Origin: Clostridia bacterium
GTDB lineage: Bacteria > Bacillota > Clostridia > Monoglobales > Monoglobaceae
DNA length: 64,000 bases
NCBI GenBank assembly: GCA_045614945.1
Contig: JAZLDW010000026.1
Span: forward strand, 31,811-95,810
Direction: 5' to 3'
Shown here: positions 19,674 through 29,800 of the stretch, piece by piece
How positions within the stretch are numbered: position 1 is the first letter of the stretch
Layout: each line of letters begins with the position of its first letter
Notes under the pieces: generated by a model
Told to the model about the DNA's origin: nothing
The model's database searches: none
The model's input: only the letters and a program-made list of their open reading frames with translations
Made by a program: the position numbers and the translations under genes

Positions 19674-19887
19674 ATAAATCATCTCCTTACGGACTTAGGG
19701 TTACACAGGTAGATGTGTGTATCAACATCCGCTAAACCTATGCGCCAACACCTTTATTATACTACACAATATTTTAAAAATAAAGCATATTTTTAAAATG
19801 CAATAAAATGTATATTTTACTTTGGCCATCATATACTATATACGATTTTTGTTTATGCCAAAGAACATACGAAACGGAGCTATAAAG

Positions 19888-22116
19888 ATGAATGCGATAA
19901 TCGTCCCTGATTTTTCAAAAAACTCATTGAACCCCCTACTTTGCAACAGACGCATACACGAGCTTCCAGTTGTAGGTGTCCCTATAGAGCAACATATACG
20001 CAAGTATCTCAAACATGCTGGCATCTGCGACATAGGAATCTGCACAGACTTTTCGATTAGCAATCTTTTAAGCCTAGCAGACGCCGATGGAGTTTTAGCA
20101 ATTAACAACAATCTTATTACATCTACAGACATAAACGAAGTTATTTCTTTTCATCAAAAAAACCTTTGTGATATAACCATCGTTCTTTGCCACAACGATA
20201 ATCCATATACACCTTGCAAAGATTTTTTGCCAGCAGAGATAAGAAAAGAGTCAGAGGGCATTTATATATTCTCAAAAAACGCTCTTGATACACTCTCTTC
20301 ATCAGCGTCCTCTCTGTGCGGTGATAAAATTTTTTACGAAGCTATCTCAAAAAACTTAAAGGTATTAGGTTACATGACAGAATCTGATTCTATCACTATA
20401 TCAAATCCCGAGGATTATATGCACTGTCACAACAAGATACTCAGCGGTCATCTTATCGCCCATATGTCTGCCACCCAAGTAAAGGATGGCTTGTGGATTG
20501 AGCCCAATGTTCATCTTGAGAGTGGCGTAAAAATTGAGACTCCTGTGTATATTTCATCCGGATGCTCAATTGATTTCGGTGCAAAAATAGGAGGGGGAAC
20601 TTTTATCGGCAAAAACTGTTCGATAAAATCAGGAGCAACTCTTACTCACTCTATAATCGGGGCGGGTTGCCATATTTCAGAAAACTCATCTGTAAGCGGA
20701 GGAATTCTTGATTCCAATGTTATACTTGGTAAAAATTCTGTTGTTATGGATAGCGCTATAATCGGAAGCGGATGCAGAATAGAGGCAGAATGCACGATAA
20801 ATTCAGGCGTACGCGTATGGCCAAACAAACGAATTTTGCAAGGGACAAAACTCAATGATAATCTGATTTGGGGAAGTGTCGGAACCGAAAGGCTTTTTTA
20901 CTCTGACAAGATATGTGGCGAAATCAATGTTGATATAACCCCTGATTTTATGGCAAAGCTAGGTTGTGCAATTAGTACAATGTACAGGGGATATAAAGTA
21001 GGTTTAAGCTTTGATTCAGCTCCTATCTGCTCTATACTTGCCTCTGCCGCAATGTCAGGTTTTGCCTCTACCGGCACAAGAGTTTTAAATTTTGGAGAGC
21101 AAAGTCTGGCTTCTGCAAGACTTGCAACACGATTTTTTAATGTTGAAATAACCATGCACATATGCCAGGCAAGCACCTATGGAGGCTCTTGCCCCGAGCT
21201 TGTTCTCATAGAGCGCAATGGCGCATACCTGTCAGGAAGCAATCAGCAAAAACTTGAATCTATATTCTCAGGCAATGTATTTTTAAGGACAGATACCAAA
21301 AAACTTTACGATACAATAAATCTTGAGCAATACAGATTTTTTTATATTCAGGAAATTCTGAACGAACTTAAAAGTAAGCGATTTAGTAAAAATGTGGAGC
21401 TTCGTACTCGTTCTGAAACCCTGTCTGAAATTCTGGAGAATCTTTTTTGTGAGATAGAAAACGCCGGTCAACGCAATGTATCGCCTGAATTTTCTGCAGA
21501 CATCTGCCAAAACGGGCAAGGGCTTACTCTATATACAAATAACGGTCAACGCATCAGCGAATCAACACTTCTTTATATAATCTCAATCGTTTTGATAAAG
21601 CATTTTAACTGCAAAAAAATTGTGCTTCCCATTTATGCATCAAGCGCACTTGAAAATCTTCTTATTAAAGAAAATATAACAATTATAAGATGCGGTATGT
21701 CAGATACAGAGTTTATAAACACTCTTTTAAATAATAATCTTTATTATCAGTTTAGGATGTGCTTTGACGGCATTTACTGTGCTGTTATGCTTCTGGATTA
21801 TTTAAACTTAAACAACCTAAGTTTTGATAATATTATAAATTCTCTTCCTGTTGAATGCCGCCTTGAAACCGAGGTTGAATGCCCCAGCAGTCGCAAGGGA
21901 CAGATAATTGGCAACCTTAATTCAAAGTATAGCGGCAGCAAAATTTATATGACAGACGGAATAAAGATATACAAAAACAACGGCTGGGTTCTGGTTATCC
22001 CCGAGAAATACAGACATTATGTAAAGATTATAACAGAAGGTATAAACACAGAGGCAGCAAAAGAAATAAGCGCTGAATTTACCAACAAAATAAAAAAACT
22101 TGCAAAACTTCAATAA
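19888..22116 (+). CDS. Three-domain protein: nucleotidyltransferase-like + left-handed beta-helix (hexapeptide) + phosphoglucomutase/phosphomannomutase-like. Catalytic motifs appear degenerate.
   Basis: I prefer the start at ATG 19888 (MNAIIVP), which follows GGAG. Hexapeptide repeats are clear (GAKIGGGTFIGKNCSIKSGATLTHSIIGAGCHISENSSVSGGIL...). The flanking domains align in pattern to ManC- and ManB-type folds but lack GxGTRL, TASHNP and DGDGDR. Confidence 0.65.
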   Translation: MNAIIVPDFSKNSLNPLLCNRRIHELPVVGVPIEQHIRKYLKHAGICDIGICTDFSISNLLSLADADGVLAINNNLITSTDINEVISFHQKNLCDITIVLCHNDNPYTPCKDFLPAEIRKESEGIYIFSKNALDTLSSSASSLCGDKIFYEAISKNLKVLGYMTESDSITISNPEDYMHCHNKILSGHLIAHMSATQVKDGLWIEPNVHLESGVKIETPVYISSGCSIDFGAKIGGGTFIGKNCSIKSGATLTHSIIGAGCHISENSSVSGGILDSNVILGKNSVVMDSAIIGSGCRIEAECTINSGVRVWPNKRILQGTKLNDNLIWGSVGTERLFYSDKICGEINVDITPDFMAKLGCAISTMYRGYKVGLSFDSAPICSILASAAMSGFASTGTRVLNFGEQSLASARLATRFFNVEITMHICQASTYGGSCPELVLIERNGAYLSGSNQQKLESIFSGNVFLRTDTKKLYDTINLEQYRFFYIQEILNELKSKRFSKNVELRTRSETLSEILENLFCEIENAGQRNVSPEFSADICQNGQGLTLYTNNGQRISESTLLYIISIVLIKHFNCKKIVLPIYASSALENLLIKENITIIRCGMSDTEFINTLLNNNLYYQFRMCFDGIYCAVMLLDYLNLNNLSFDNIINSLPVECRLETEVECPSSRKGQIIGNLNSKYSGSKIYMTDGIKIYKNNGWVLVIPEKYRHYVKIITEGINTEAAKEISAEFTNKIKKLAKLQ

Positions 22117-22128
22117 ATGGTGTATAAT
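22100..22128 (+). promoter_or_regulatory. Sigma-A promoter for rnj, embedded in the 3' end of the upstream CDS
   Basis: TTGCAA 22100-22105, 17-nt spacer, TATAAT 22123-22128. This predicts a leader of about 200 nt. Confidence 0.6.
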
Positions 22129-22338
22129 ATACTAAGTTGATTTGTTCGGATTTCGTATGCGATGGATGCATCGACGCAATCATCGCATACAACTTTAAAA
22201 TTAAGATTTATATGAGCGGGCTTTTTTAATAACAAAATTCTCGACTGGTCTTTTGGAGAATTTTCAACAAAATGGAAGCAACCTTGTTCTTCCTCTTATT
22301 TTTGTTGTGTAAATACATATTTTTAAGGAGGGTAAAAT

Positions 22339-24006
22339 TTGAAGAAAACTGACAAAATCAAATGGATTCCGCTTGGCGGATTAAATGAAATCGGAAAGAA
22401 TATGAATGTCTTTGAGTACGGAAGTGACGCCATAATATTAGACTGTGGTATGTCTTTTCCAGATGACGATATGCCGGGGGTCGATATCGTTATACCAGAG
22501 ATCACATATCTTCATAAAATAGCCGATAAAATCAGGGCAATAGTACTGACACACGGTCATGAGGACCACATCGGTGCTATACCATATGTTTTAAAGGAGT
22601 TTAATGTGCCTGTATATGGCACAAGGCTTACACTTGGAATATTGAAAAACAAGCTGGCAGAGCATGGACTTTTGGGTTCTGCAAAGCTCATCAATCTTGA
22701 AGCAGGCGACACAGTCAAGCTTGGCGCTTTTAAAGTTGAGTTTATCCATACAAATCATTCAATTGCAGACGCAGTTGCCATTGCGTTGCACACACCTGCA
22801 GGAGTCATTCTGCATACTGGCGACTTTAAAATTGATCCTACCCCAATAGACGGAGGGATGATTGACCTTGCCCGCATAGGCGAACTTGGCAACAAAGGTA
22901 TACTTGCTCTTATGTCAGATAGTACAAACGCCGACAGAACAGGCTTTACCATGAGCGAAAGTACAATCGGTAAAACCTTTGACAACCTCTTTGACAGAAG
23001 CTCTGACAAAAGAATTATTATTGCGACATTTGCATCCAATGTACATAGGGTGCAACAAATTGTAAACTCTGCTCACACTCACGGCAGAAAGGTCGCAATT
23101 TCGGGAAGAAGTATGGAAAATGTTCTAAATGCTGCAATTGAGCTTGGGTATATGAACATACCAAAAAACACCCTTATCAGCATTGACGAGATTAATCGTT
23201 ACCCAAAGGATAAACTTGTCATAATAACAACCGGAAGTCAAGGAGAGCCTATGTCAGCACTGACAAGAATTGCTTTCTCAAGTCATAAAAAGATAAACAT
23301 CGAGCCAACCGACCTTGTTATTATCTCGGCAAGCCCTATCCCGGGCAACGAAAAGAATGTATCAAATGTCGTAAACGAACTTTTAAAACATGGTGCAGAG
23401 GTTGTACACGACAGGGAGGACGATGTTCATGTTTCAGGTCACGCCTGTCAACAAGAGCAGCAGATTATACTTGCCCTTGCTAAGCCCAAATACTTTATAC
23501 CTGTTCACGGAGAATATCGCCATTTGTGTCGCCACAGAGATTTAGCACTGCAGACAGGCATAGACCCTAAAAACATCTATATCTCTGACATTGGAAAGGT
23601 AATGGAGCTTTCAAACCAAGGGGCAAAATTTACGGGCACCGTGCCTGCAGGAAAGGTTTTGGTTGATGGTCTTGGGGTTGGAGATGTTGGCAACATCGTG
23701 CTGAGAGATCGCAAACACCTTGCAGAAGATGGCATAATAATTGTTGTTCTGACTATAGACAAAGCAAGCGGAGAATGTGTGTCAGGCCCAGATATTATAT
23801 CGCGTGGATTTGTGTATGTAAGAGAGTCAGAGGATCTTATGGACTCTATTAGAGAAATTTCAGCAGAAGTTGTTGATAAATGCACAGAGGGTGCAACTAT
23901 TAACTGGTCAACCATAAAAACAAGGCTTAAAAATGATATCGGCAGCTATTTGTATTCAAAAACAAAACGCCGTCCTATGATATTACCGATTATAATGGAA
24001 GTATAA
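22339..24006 (+). CDS. rnj: Ribonuclease J
   Basis: 555 aa, TTG start after AAGGAGGG. HGHEDHIG beta-lactamase/beta-CASP motifs. Confidence 0.95.
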   Translation: MKKTDKIKWIPLGGLNEIGKNMNVFEYGSDAIILDCGMSFPDDDMPGVDIVIPEITYLHKIADKIRAIVLTHGHEDHIGAIPYVLKEFNVPVYGTRLTLGILKNKLAEHGLLGSAKLINLEAGDTVKLGAFKVEFIHTNHSIADAVAIALHTPAGVILHTGDFKIDPTPIDGGMIDLARIGELGNKGILALMSDSTNADRTGFTMSESTIGKTFDNLFDRSSDKRIIIATFASNVHRVQQIVNSAHTHGRKVAISGRSMENVLNAAIELGYMNIPKNTLISIDEINRYPKDKLVIITTGSQGEPMSALTRIAFSSHKKINIEPTDLVIISASPIPGNEKNVSNVVNELLKHGAEVVHDREDDVHVSGHACQQEQQIILALAKPKYFIPVHGEYRHLCRHRDLALQTGIDPKNIYISDIGKVMELSNQGAKFTGTVPAGKVLVDGLGVGDVGNIVLRDRKHLAEDGIIIVVLTIDKASGECVSGPDIISRGFVYVRESEDLMDSIREISAEVVDKCTEGATINWSTIKTRLKNDIGSYLYSKTKRRPMILPIIMEV

Positions 24007-24011
24007 TTTAT

Positions 24012-24043
24012 AAAAAAATGCGACCCCTATGGGTCGCATTTTT
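24012..24043. terminator. Bidirectional intrinsic terminator (rnj / ppiB convergent)
   Basis: ATGCGACCC / GGGTCGCAT stem with loop CTAT, flanked by A- and T-runs. Confidence 0.85.
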
Positions 24044-24049
24044 ATGTAA

Positions 24050-24541
24050 TTATATTATGCTCATTTTGGCAATCTTTATGTCTTCCACAGGAGTACCACC
24101 CTCGGGGCCTCTGCGCTCAACCTCTAAAAAGCTATCGACTGTCTCCATTCCCTCGATAACCTTTCCAAACGCCGCATACTGCCCGTCTAAAAATGTGCAA
24201 TCTCCATAACAGATAAAGAATTGACTGCTTGCAGAGTTGGGATCCATAGATCTTGCCATTGATACAACACCGCGTGTATGCGAAAGGGTATTTTGCGAAA
24301 ATCCATTCTGCAAAAATTCTCCTTTAATTTTCTTGCCGCTTCCACCCATGCCTGTTCCTGTCGGGTCGCCGCCCTGCGCCATAAAATCATCTATTACACG
24401 GTGAAATGTAACACCATCATAAAATCCTTCACCTACTAGGTTCTCAAAGTTCGCAACTGTCTCGGGCGCAAACTCTGGCATAAGCTCAATTATAAACTCG
24501 TCGCCCTTTTCCATTTCTACTTTTATCTTTGTGTTTGCCAT
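24050..24541 (-). CDS. ppiB: Cyclophilin-type peptidyl-prolyl cis-trans isomerase
   Basis: FHRVIDDFMAQGGDP and SQFFI motifs. I prefer the start MANTKIK (ATG 24541), which follows GGAGGAAAG. Confidence 0.9.
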   Translation of the reverse strand: MANTKIKVEMEKGDEFIIELMPEFAPETVANFENLVGEGFYDGVTFHRVIDDFMAQGGDPTGTGMGGSGKKIKGEFLQNGFSQNTLSHTRGVVSMARSMDPNSASSQFFICYGDCTFLDGQYAAFGKVIEGMETVDSFLEVERRGPEGGTPVEDIKIAKMSII

Positions 24542-24542
24542 T

Positions 24543-25559
24543 TTACTTTCCTCCATTTTGATTGTTGAGTATTTCACTTGCCTCGTAGGCATCTGTCACT
24601 ATATCCTTGACAGACAAATTGTTATACACATCAGTATTTATTGATATTTCTCCTCTAAGTGATGCCTTAATCTCACAAATGCCGACAACTCTCTTTATTA
24701 TATGATAGCCATAATCACTCTCAACAACATCACTTATCTCGCCATAGTCCAGCGCAAACGCAGCTTTCTCAAATTCAGGCACCATTACTCCCTTTCCAAA
24801 GCTGTATCCCGCAGGAGTCTGTCCTGGGTCCTCACTATACTCTGCCATAAGTTTTTCAAAATCCTCTCCTGCGGTTGCTCTTTTGAGTATATCTTCTATA
24901 ACAGCCTTAGGATTGTCGTGATTTTCGCTGTCATTCATAATCAATATGTGCTGGGCACTTACCTCATCTTCTCTTTTAAACGAACGCAATACGCCTTCAT
25001 CATCAATATATTTTTGTCTGTTTTGATTAAAGTCCGCCTCAACCTTCCCGCTTCCTTCAAGAAGCCTTGCAAGTCTTTCGTATCCCTCAACCGTTGAAAA
25101 TCCCATTGTACGAAGCACAAGTTTAAGGTTTTCTTCTCCACTGCTTTCTCTATACTGCTCCATCGAAGATATAACCTCTTTTATATCTTCGTCGGTAACT
25201 TCTACGCTTTTTTCCTTGCCCAACTCTACAAGCGCTAAATTATCTGCGTAGGCTGTAATTGCACCTTCTTTTATCACATCTGCCAGAGTTTTTCCTGCCT
25301 CTGTCTCTTTATTCCAGTCAATTTTTGAAAAATCTCCGTCAAACGCAGGGTCGCTGCTCTGTATCTGCGAAATTGCATTTTGAATCACAAAATACCTGTA
25401 CTCATCAACTTTCAGCTCTGTTTCGCCTATAGTTGCTACGACTGCATTTGGGTCGCCCGATACCTCTTTAATCTCTGTGCTCTCGCCGCCGCAACCTGTA
25501 AAAATACCAACACAGAGTGTAATCAAGATTAAAATTGCATGTAGTTTTTTTATATTCAT
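24543..25559 (-). CDS. prsA: PrsA-like lipoprotein foldase (SurA-N-like + parvulin PPIase domain)
   Basis: Lipobox LCVGIFTGCGG. Parvulin motifs VSAQHILI ... GYHIIKR. Its stop is 1 nt from the ppiB start. Confidence 0.8.
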   Translation of the reverse strand: MNIKKLHAILILITLCVGIFTGCGGESTEIKEVSGDPNAVVATIGETELKVDEYRYFVIQNAISQIQSSDPAFDGDFSKIDWNKETEAGKTLADVIKEGAITAYADNLALVELGKEKSVEVTDEDIKEVISSMEQYRESSGEENLKLVLRTMGFSTVEGYERLARLLEGSGKVEADFNQNRQKYIDDEGVLRSFKREDEVSAQHILIMNDSENHDNPKAVIEDILKRATAGEDFEKLMAEYSEDPGQTPAGYSFGKGVMVPEFEKAAFALDYGEISDVVESDYGYHIIKRVVGICEIKASLRGEISINTDVYNNLSVKDIVTDAYEASEILNNQNGGK

Positions 25560-25674
25560 TTCTTCTCCTTTTATAACACAACATTATATACTATTATTTT
25601 TACAAGAAAGAGTCCTAGCTCCTTTTCAATCTGCATACAAACAACATCCGTCATCATAACGATGAATATTGTCT

Positions 25675-26736
25675 TTAATACCCAAGCTTCTTCATTTTTT
25701 TGTATACCTGTTTTGCGACAAGTTTATACCCCGCCCCATTTAGATGCACCTCATCTGCTTTTCCCGGATTTTCCATAAATCTGTATCCACCAAGGAGCGA
25801 GAAAGGAACCTTGCCTTCCTTAATATATTCTATATCCTGCTCTGTTGCCTCAATGCCTGCATCTTTAAGAGCCTGCTCTGTTGCAAGATACGCCTTTGCA
25901 TCGAAGAATTTTTCACCAAATTCTTTTGACAGCGCCTCGTTTATTCCTGGCCACGAAGATGCCCCACCTGTTGTAAGACCAATTACAATAAACTTCTCTT
26001 CTTCAGGAATTTTGGCATCAATTACATCACGCTTATCTCTAAACTCTATCCCTGCGTTTTCAAGAATCATCTTCTTTAGCGCAAGAATTATGTTCTCGGG
26101 TTTTATTGCCGCGCCGCCCTCGTCTGTATCATCCCATCCGTAGTTGGTGCCTGCCCAATAAATGTTGATGTCCGCATCCATATCATGCGCCGCAACTGTT
26201 ATCTCAGCCCCCTTTGGCACATCTATCGCTTCGCCGCTCTCATTTCTTAAAAATGTTGCACTCGTAAGATATCTTACACCCTTTTCGTCAATCAAGAATG
26301 AGGTATAAAGTTTTCCCTCTACCTTTGTGCTATCGTCAATATGAATGGTTGCCGGTGTCCAGCCTCCTCTTTTTGTATTAGCCGGAACAACCCTGCCTGC
26401 ATAATCTTCTTGATCATAAAGTTCTCTGCCCGAAAAAGAAATATCTACAGGTTTTTTATTTGGCAAGATTTCAAGCGCCTCGTCAAGAACAATCTTTATA
26501 GCTCCTGACCGCGCCGCAATAGTTATCAGACCCTCACTTGCAACGCCAAAGTTTTCTACCTTGTAGCCGGTCAAACGCGCAAGTTCATCAGGATATGTCA
26601 CACCGTCTCCAGCTACACCCTCAGTCAAACTGTCTCCCCAGCACGCTACCGTAACATCTTTTACTGCACCACAACCAGAAAGTGTACAGATACAAAGTGC
26701 AATCAATATAACAAACAAATATAATCTCTTGTTCAT
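25675..26736 (-). CDS. SGNH/GDSL-type hydrolase lipoprotein
   Basis: Lipobox LSGCGA. Block I CWGDSLTEG, AGTN, and block V DEVHLN. It is a paralog of the C-terminal module of the adjacent 1394-aa protein. Confidence 0.75.
   Translation of the reverse strand: MNKRLYLFVILIALCICTLSGCGAVKDVTVACWGDSLTEGVAGDGVTYPDELARLTGYKVENFGVASEGLITIAARSGAIKIVLDEALEILPNKKPVDISFSGRELYDQEDYAGRVVPANTKRGGWTPATIHIDDSTKVEGKLYTSFLIDEKGVRYLTSATFLRNESGEAIDVPKGAEITVAAHDMDADINIYWAGTNYGWDDTDEGGAAIKPENIILALKKMILENAGIEFRDKRDVIDAKIPEEEKFIVIGLTTGGASSWPGINEALSKEFGEKFFDAKAYLATEQALKDAGIEATEQDIEYIKEGKVPFSLLGGYRFMENPGKADEVHLNGAGYKLVAKQVYKKMKKLGY
25784..25854. repeat. Near-identical DNA block shared with 26943-27013
   Basis: A 32-nt block and a 31-nt block are identical to the paralog at a constant offset of 1159 nt. 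They encode GKVPFSLLGGYR and GIEATEQDIEYI. Confidence 0.9.
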
Positions 26737-26796
26737 AGGATTTCTCCTTTTTTTACCTGATATCAGTTTTGCATCAGGGACGCATCCCTATATCTT

Positions 26797-26827
26797 AAAA
26801 AAGGCGACCATGGGGTCGCCTTTTTTA
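26797..26827 (-). terminator. Intrinsic terminator after the 1394-aa gene
   Basis: AAGGCGACC / GGTCGCCTT stem with a 4-nt loop, and a U-tract on the minus strand. Confidence 0.85.
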
Positions 26828-26833
26828 ATCTGT

Positions 26834-29800
26834 TTAATATCCAAGCGCTATAATCTTGTTGTAAACCTGTTTTGCAATAAGTCTGTAACCATGTTCGTTA
26901 AAGTGAGTCTCATCTGCTCTTTCAGGTTCATTAGGATATCTATATCCACCAAGGAGCGAGAAAGGAACCTTGCCATCAGCGATATATTCTATATCCTGCT
27001 CTGTTGCCTCAATCCCTGCGTCTGTAAGAGCCCCCTCGGTTGCAAGATATTCCTTTAAGTCAAGGAAGTTATCACCAAACGCTTGTGCAAGTTCTTCATT
27101 TACGCCCGGGGTGCGATTCTCACAACCTTCAGCTGTAAGGCCAAGCACGATATACTTCGCATCAGGAACAAGCACTGAAAGATCTGCATTAAGAATTACT
27201 GTGTTACTTGCAAATTCTGTCATATCATATCCTGCATTTTCAAGAATCATCTTCTTAAGCGCAATGATAAGATCATCTGCATCACAATCACTCGTATCTG
27301 TATTGTCCCATCCACGATTTGTGCCTGCCCAGTAGATGTTGATGTCACCCTCTACATCGTGTGCATCAATCTTAATCTTTGAACCAGCAGGAATCTCAAC
27401 TTCCTCGCCTTTTTCGCTGCGTGTAAATCTTGCTTTTGTCAATGCATGAACTCCATCCTCGTTTAGAGCATATGCAGTGTTGAGTGTACCCTTTATCTCG
27501 GTACCATCTTCAAGTATGATTGTAACAGGATTCCATCCGCCACGAGAATTGCTGCACGGAGCAACCATGCCTGCATCTTCTTCGTTGAACAGTTCTGTGC
27601 TTGAGATCTTTATGTCTACCTCGGTACGATCTGCGGGAAGATCAAGGTCTTCGCCAACTATAATGTTGAGTGCGCCTGAACGCGCCGCAATTGTAATAAG
27701 ACTCTCGCCTGCAACACCCATGTTAGCTACCTGATAATCAATCAACATCTTTGCAAGCTCATCAGGATATGTCACGCCATTACCTGCTACGCCTTCTGTA
27801 AGGCTGTCACCCCAACATACAATTTTAGCAATAATTTCTTTGTATACAGGAGTAATCTTTCCGTCTGTACCCCATACAAATACTCTGTCTCCATCTTCAA
27901 TCTCAGCATCTGTAAACCATGTATCACCATCTACCTTGTCAACCTCGCACTTTGTAAGATTCGTAAGAATACCATCTTCGTACTTTGCAATATATACCTT
28001 TGCATTCGTGCTGTTGCCCATGCCATCTGCTACATCAATCATCCATCTGCCATCAGCAATTTCTGTACGACTCATACCTGTACGAGTTTTGATTGGATAA
28101 TAATGGAGTGAGTCACCAGCCTTTACAAGAATCTGGTCAATCTCATTAGCGAATGTCGCTGCTTCGCCGTCTGCTGTGAGGCCACTGATTTCTCCGCCAT
28201 TTACCACAATTCCAGCAACCACATCTTCATCTATAGTTGCATTTTTGTTTATGATAAGTGTCTTTCCATCTTCTGCAACTTCGTATCCCTCTGCAAGTTC
28301 AGGAAAGTCAAGGCTTACCGGAGCCTTTGGAACAGGATTATATACACCAACATCTGCTACAACATTATCTACATGGAAGCCTGTTCTGTAAATATCAAAG
28401 TAGCTTTCAAAGATTGATACATAGCCTCTGCAGAATTTTGACGACATAACAAGTTCGCCATCTATGTAGTAATCAATTTTGTCAGAACACGGCCATAACT
28501 GTATAGCAACATTGTACCATTGCTTCTGATTACCATCTGCAACCTTTATAATTGAATTTGCAGAATCACCGCTATTAACAGAAAACTCAAGTCCCTCGTC
28601 TGTCGTATTTATATTCATCAGCGAGGTCAGAGTATAGTTCTCGTCAAGGTCTCCTGTTGCAACATCCTGAAGATACATATTACCAAAGAGACGAATGTTG
28701 TTACCTTCTTGAGCGTTTGCTTTTAAACTTCCGTCGTGAAGGACATCAAATGTCATATAGAATGGCTTGGAAGCAACCGCATTTAATCTTCCGTCACCGC
28801 CAAACACTGCGTGGCTACCGGCAAGGTCAAAGAGATGTGATCTCTTCCAAATAAGTTCCTCTTCTTCTAATCCCGTCGTCCATGTATATGCAAGTTCTCC
28901 CGAGCCCTTTCCGAACTTCTCGTAGGAAACACCTGTCTGATTTACCTTTGTGTTTGGATCCTCTTTATCTCTTGTGACTACAGTATCATCACCATCAAGA
29001 CTAATTGTTTCCATTACACTATCCAGTGTTGACTTTTGAACAACCGGTATCGGATATGTCCTTCCGCCCTTACCTGTAACAATTGCATGCGATGCAGTGT
29101 TTGCATAAGCTGTACCTGTAACCTGTGCGCCTGCAATTGTTGCAAGGACACAATCTTCTACAGATGCGAGGCTTTCTATCTTTGTGATAAGCTGATCTGC
29201 TGTCTCTGTGCCATCTATATAGATACTGTTGCCATACCAGCCTATTGCCTCTGCCGCTTTGTCAGCAAATCCGGGGATTGCTGAATCATCAAATCTTGAA
29301 TCACCCTTGTATACATCTACGCTGAAATCGTCTATGCACGAAAGCGCTCCACTTGTGAAGTCAAACTGTGCGAGTCCTCTGAAAAGGTTGTTCTCTGTAA
29401 GAGGGGTTTCATCAAATGCTTTTACATTGTTTACATAAGCCGTAATTGTATCAGGTTTTGTAACAGTAACTACCTCGGCAGCTTCTGCGCTACCTGGGGT
29501 ATCAACTGTCTGCGAACCGGCCGTAAGCACAACGGTAACTGTTACCCAGTTACCATCAAGAACTACCTTAGTTCTTGATTTATTTGTGTCAACTATTGGC
29601 AATTCTGCCTCAGATAGCGTATCATCGGATACTGTATAATTTGTTTCATTAACTGCATACTTACCAGTCTTAGGTTCTCCATTGAGAACTCTTAAAGACC
29701 CAGCCATTGTTCTTGCAACTAAGCTGTAGTTATCAATTTCTACAGCTGCCGGAGCGCCTTCAGGGGCTCCGTTTGTTGTGTTTTCAGTAGATACAAATCT

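Noticed and set aside
19683-19760. Purine/2'-dG riboswitch in the ung leader (shares UCUACC and CCGUAA strings)
   Set aside because: The strings do not sit in a three-way junction, and no P2/P3 hairpins with complementary loops can be drawn. I treat the resemblance as coincidental.
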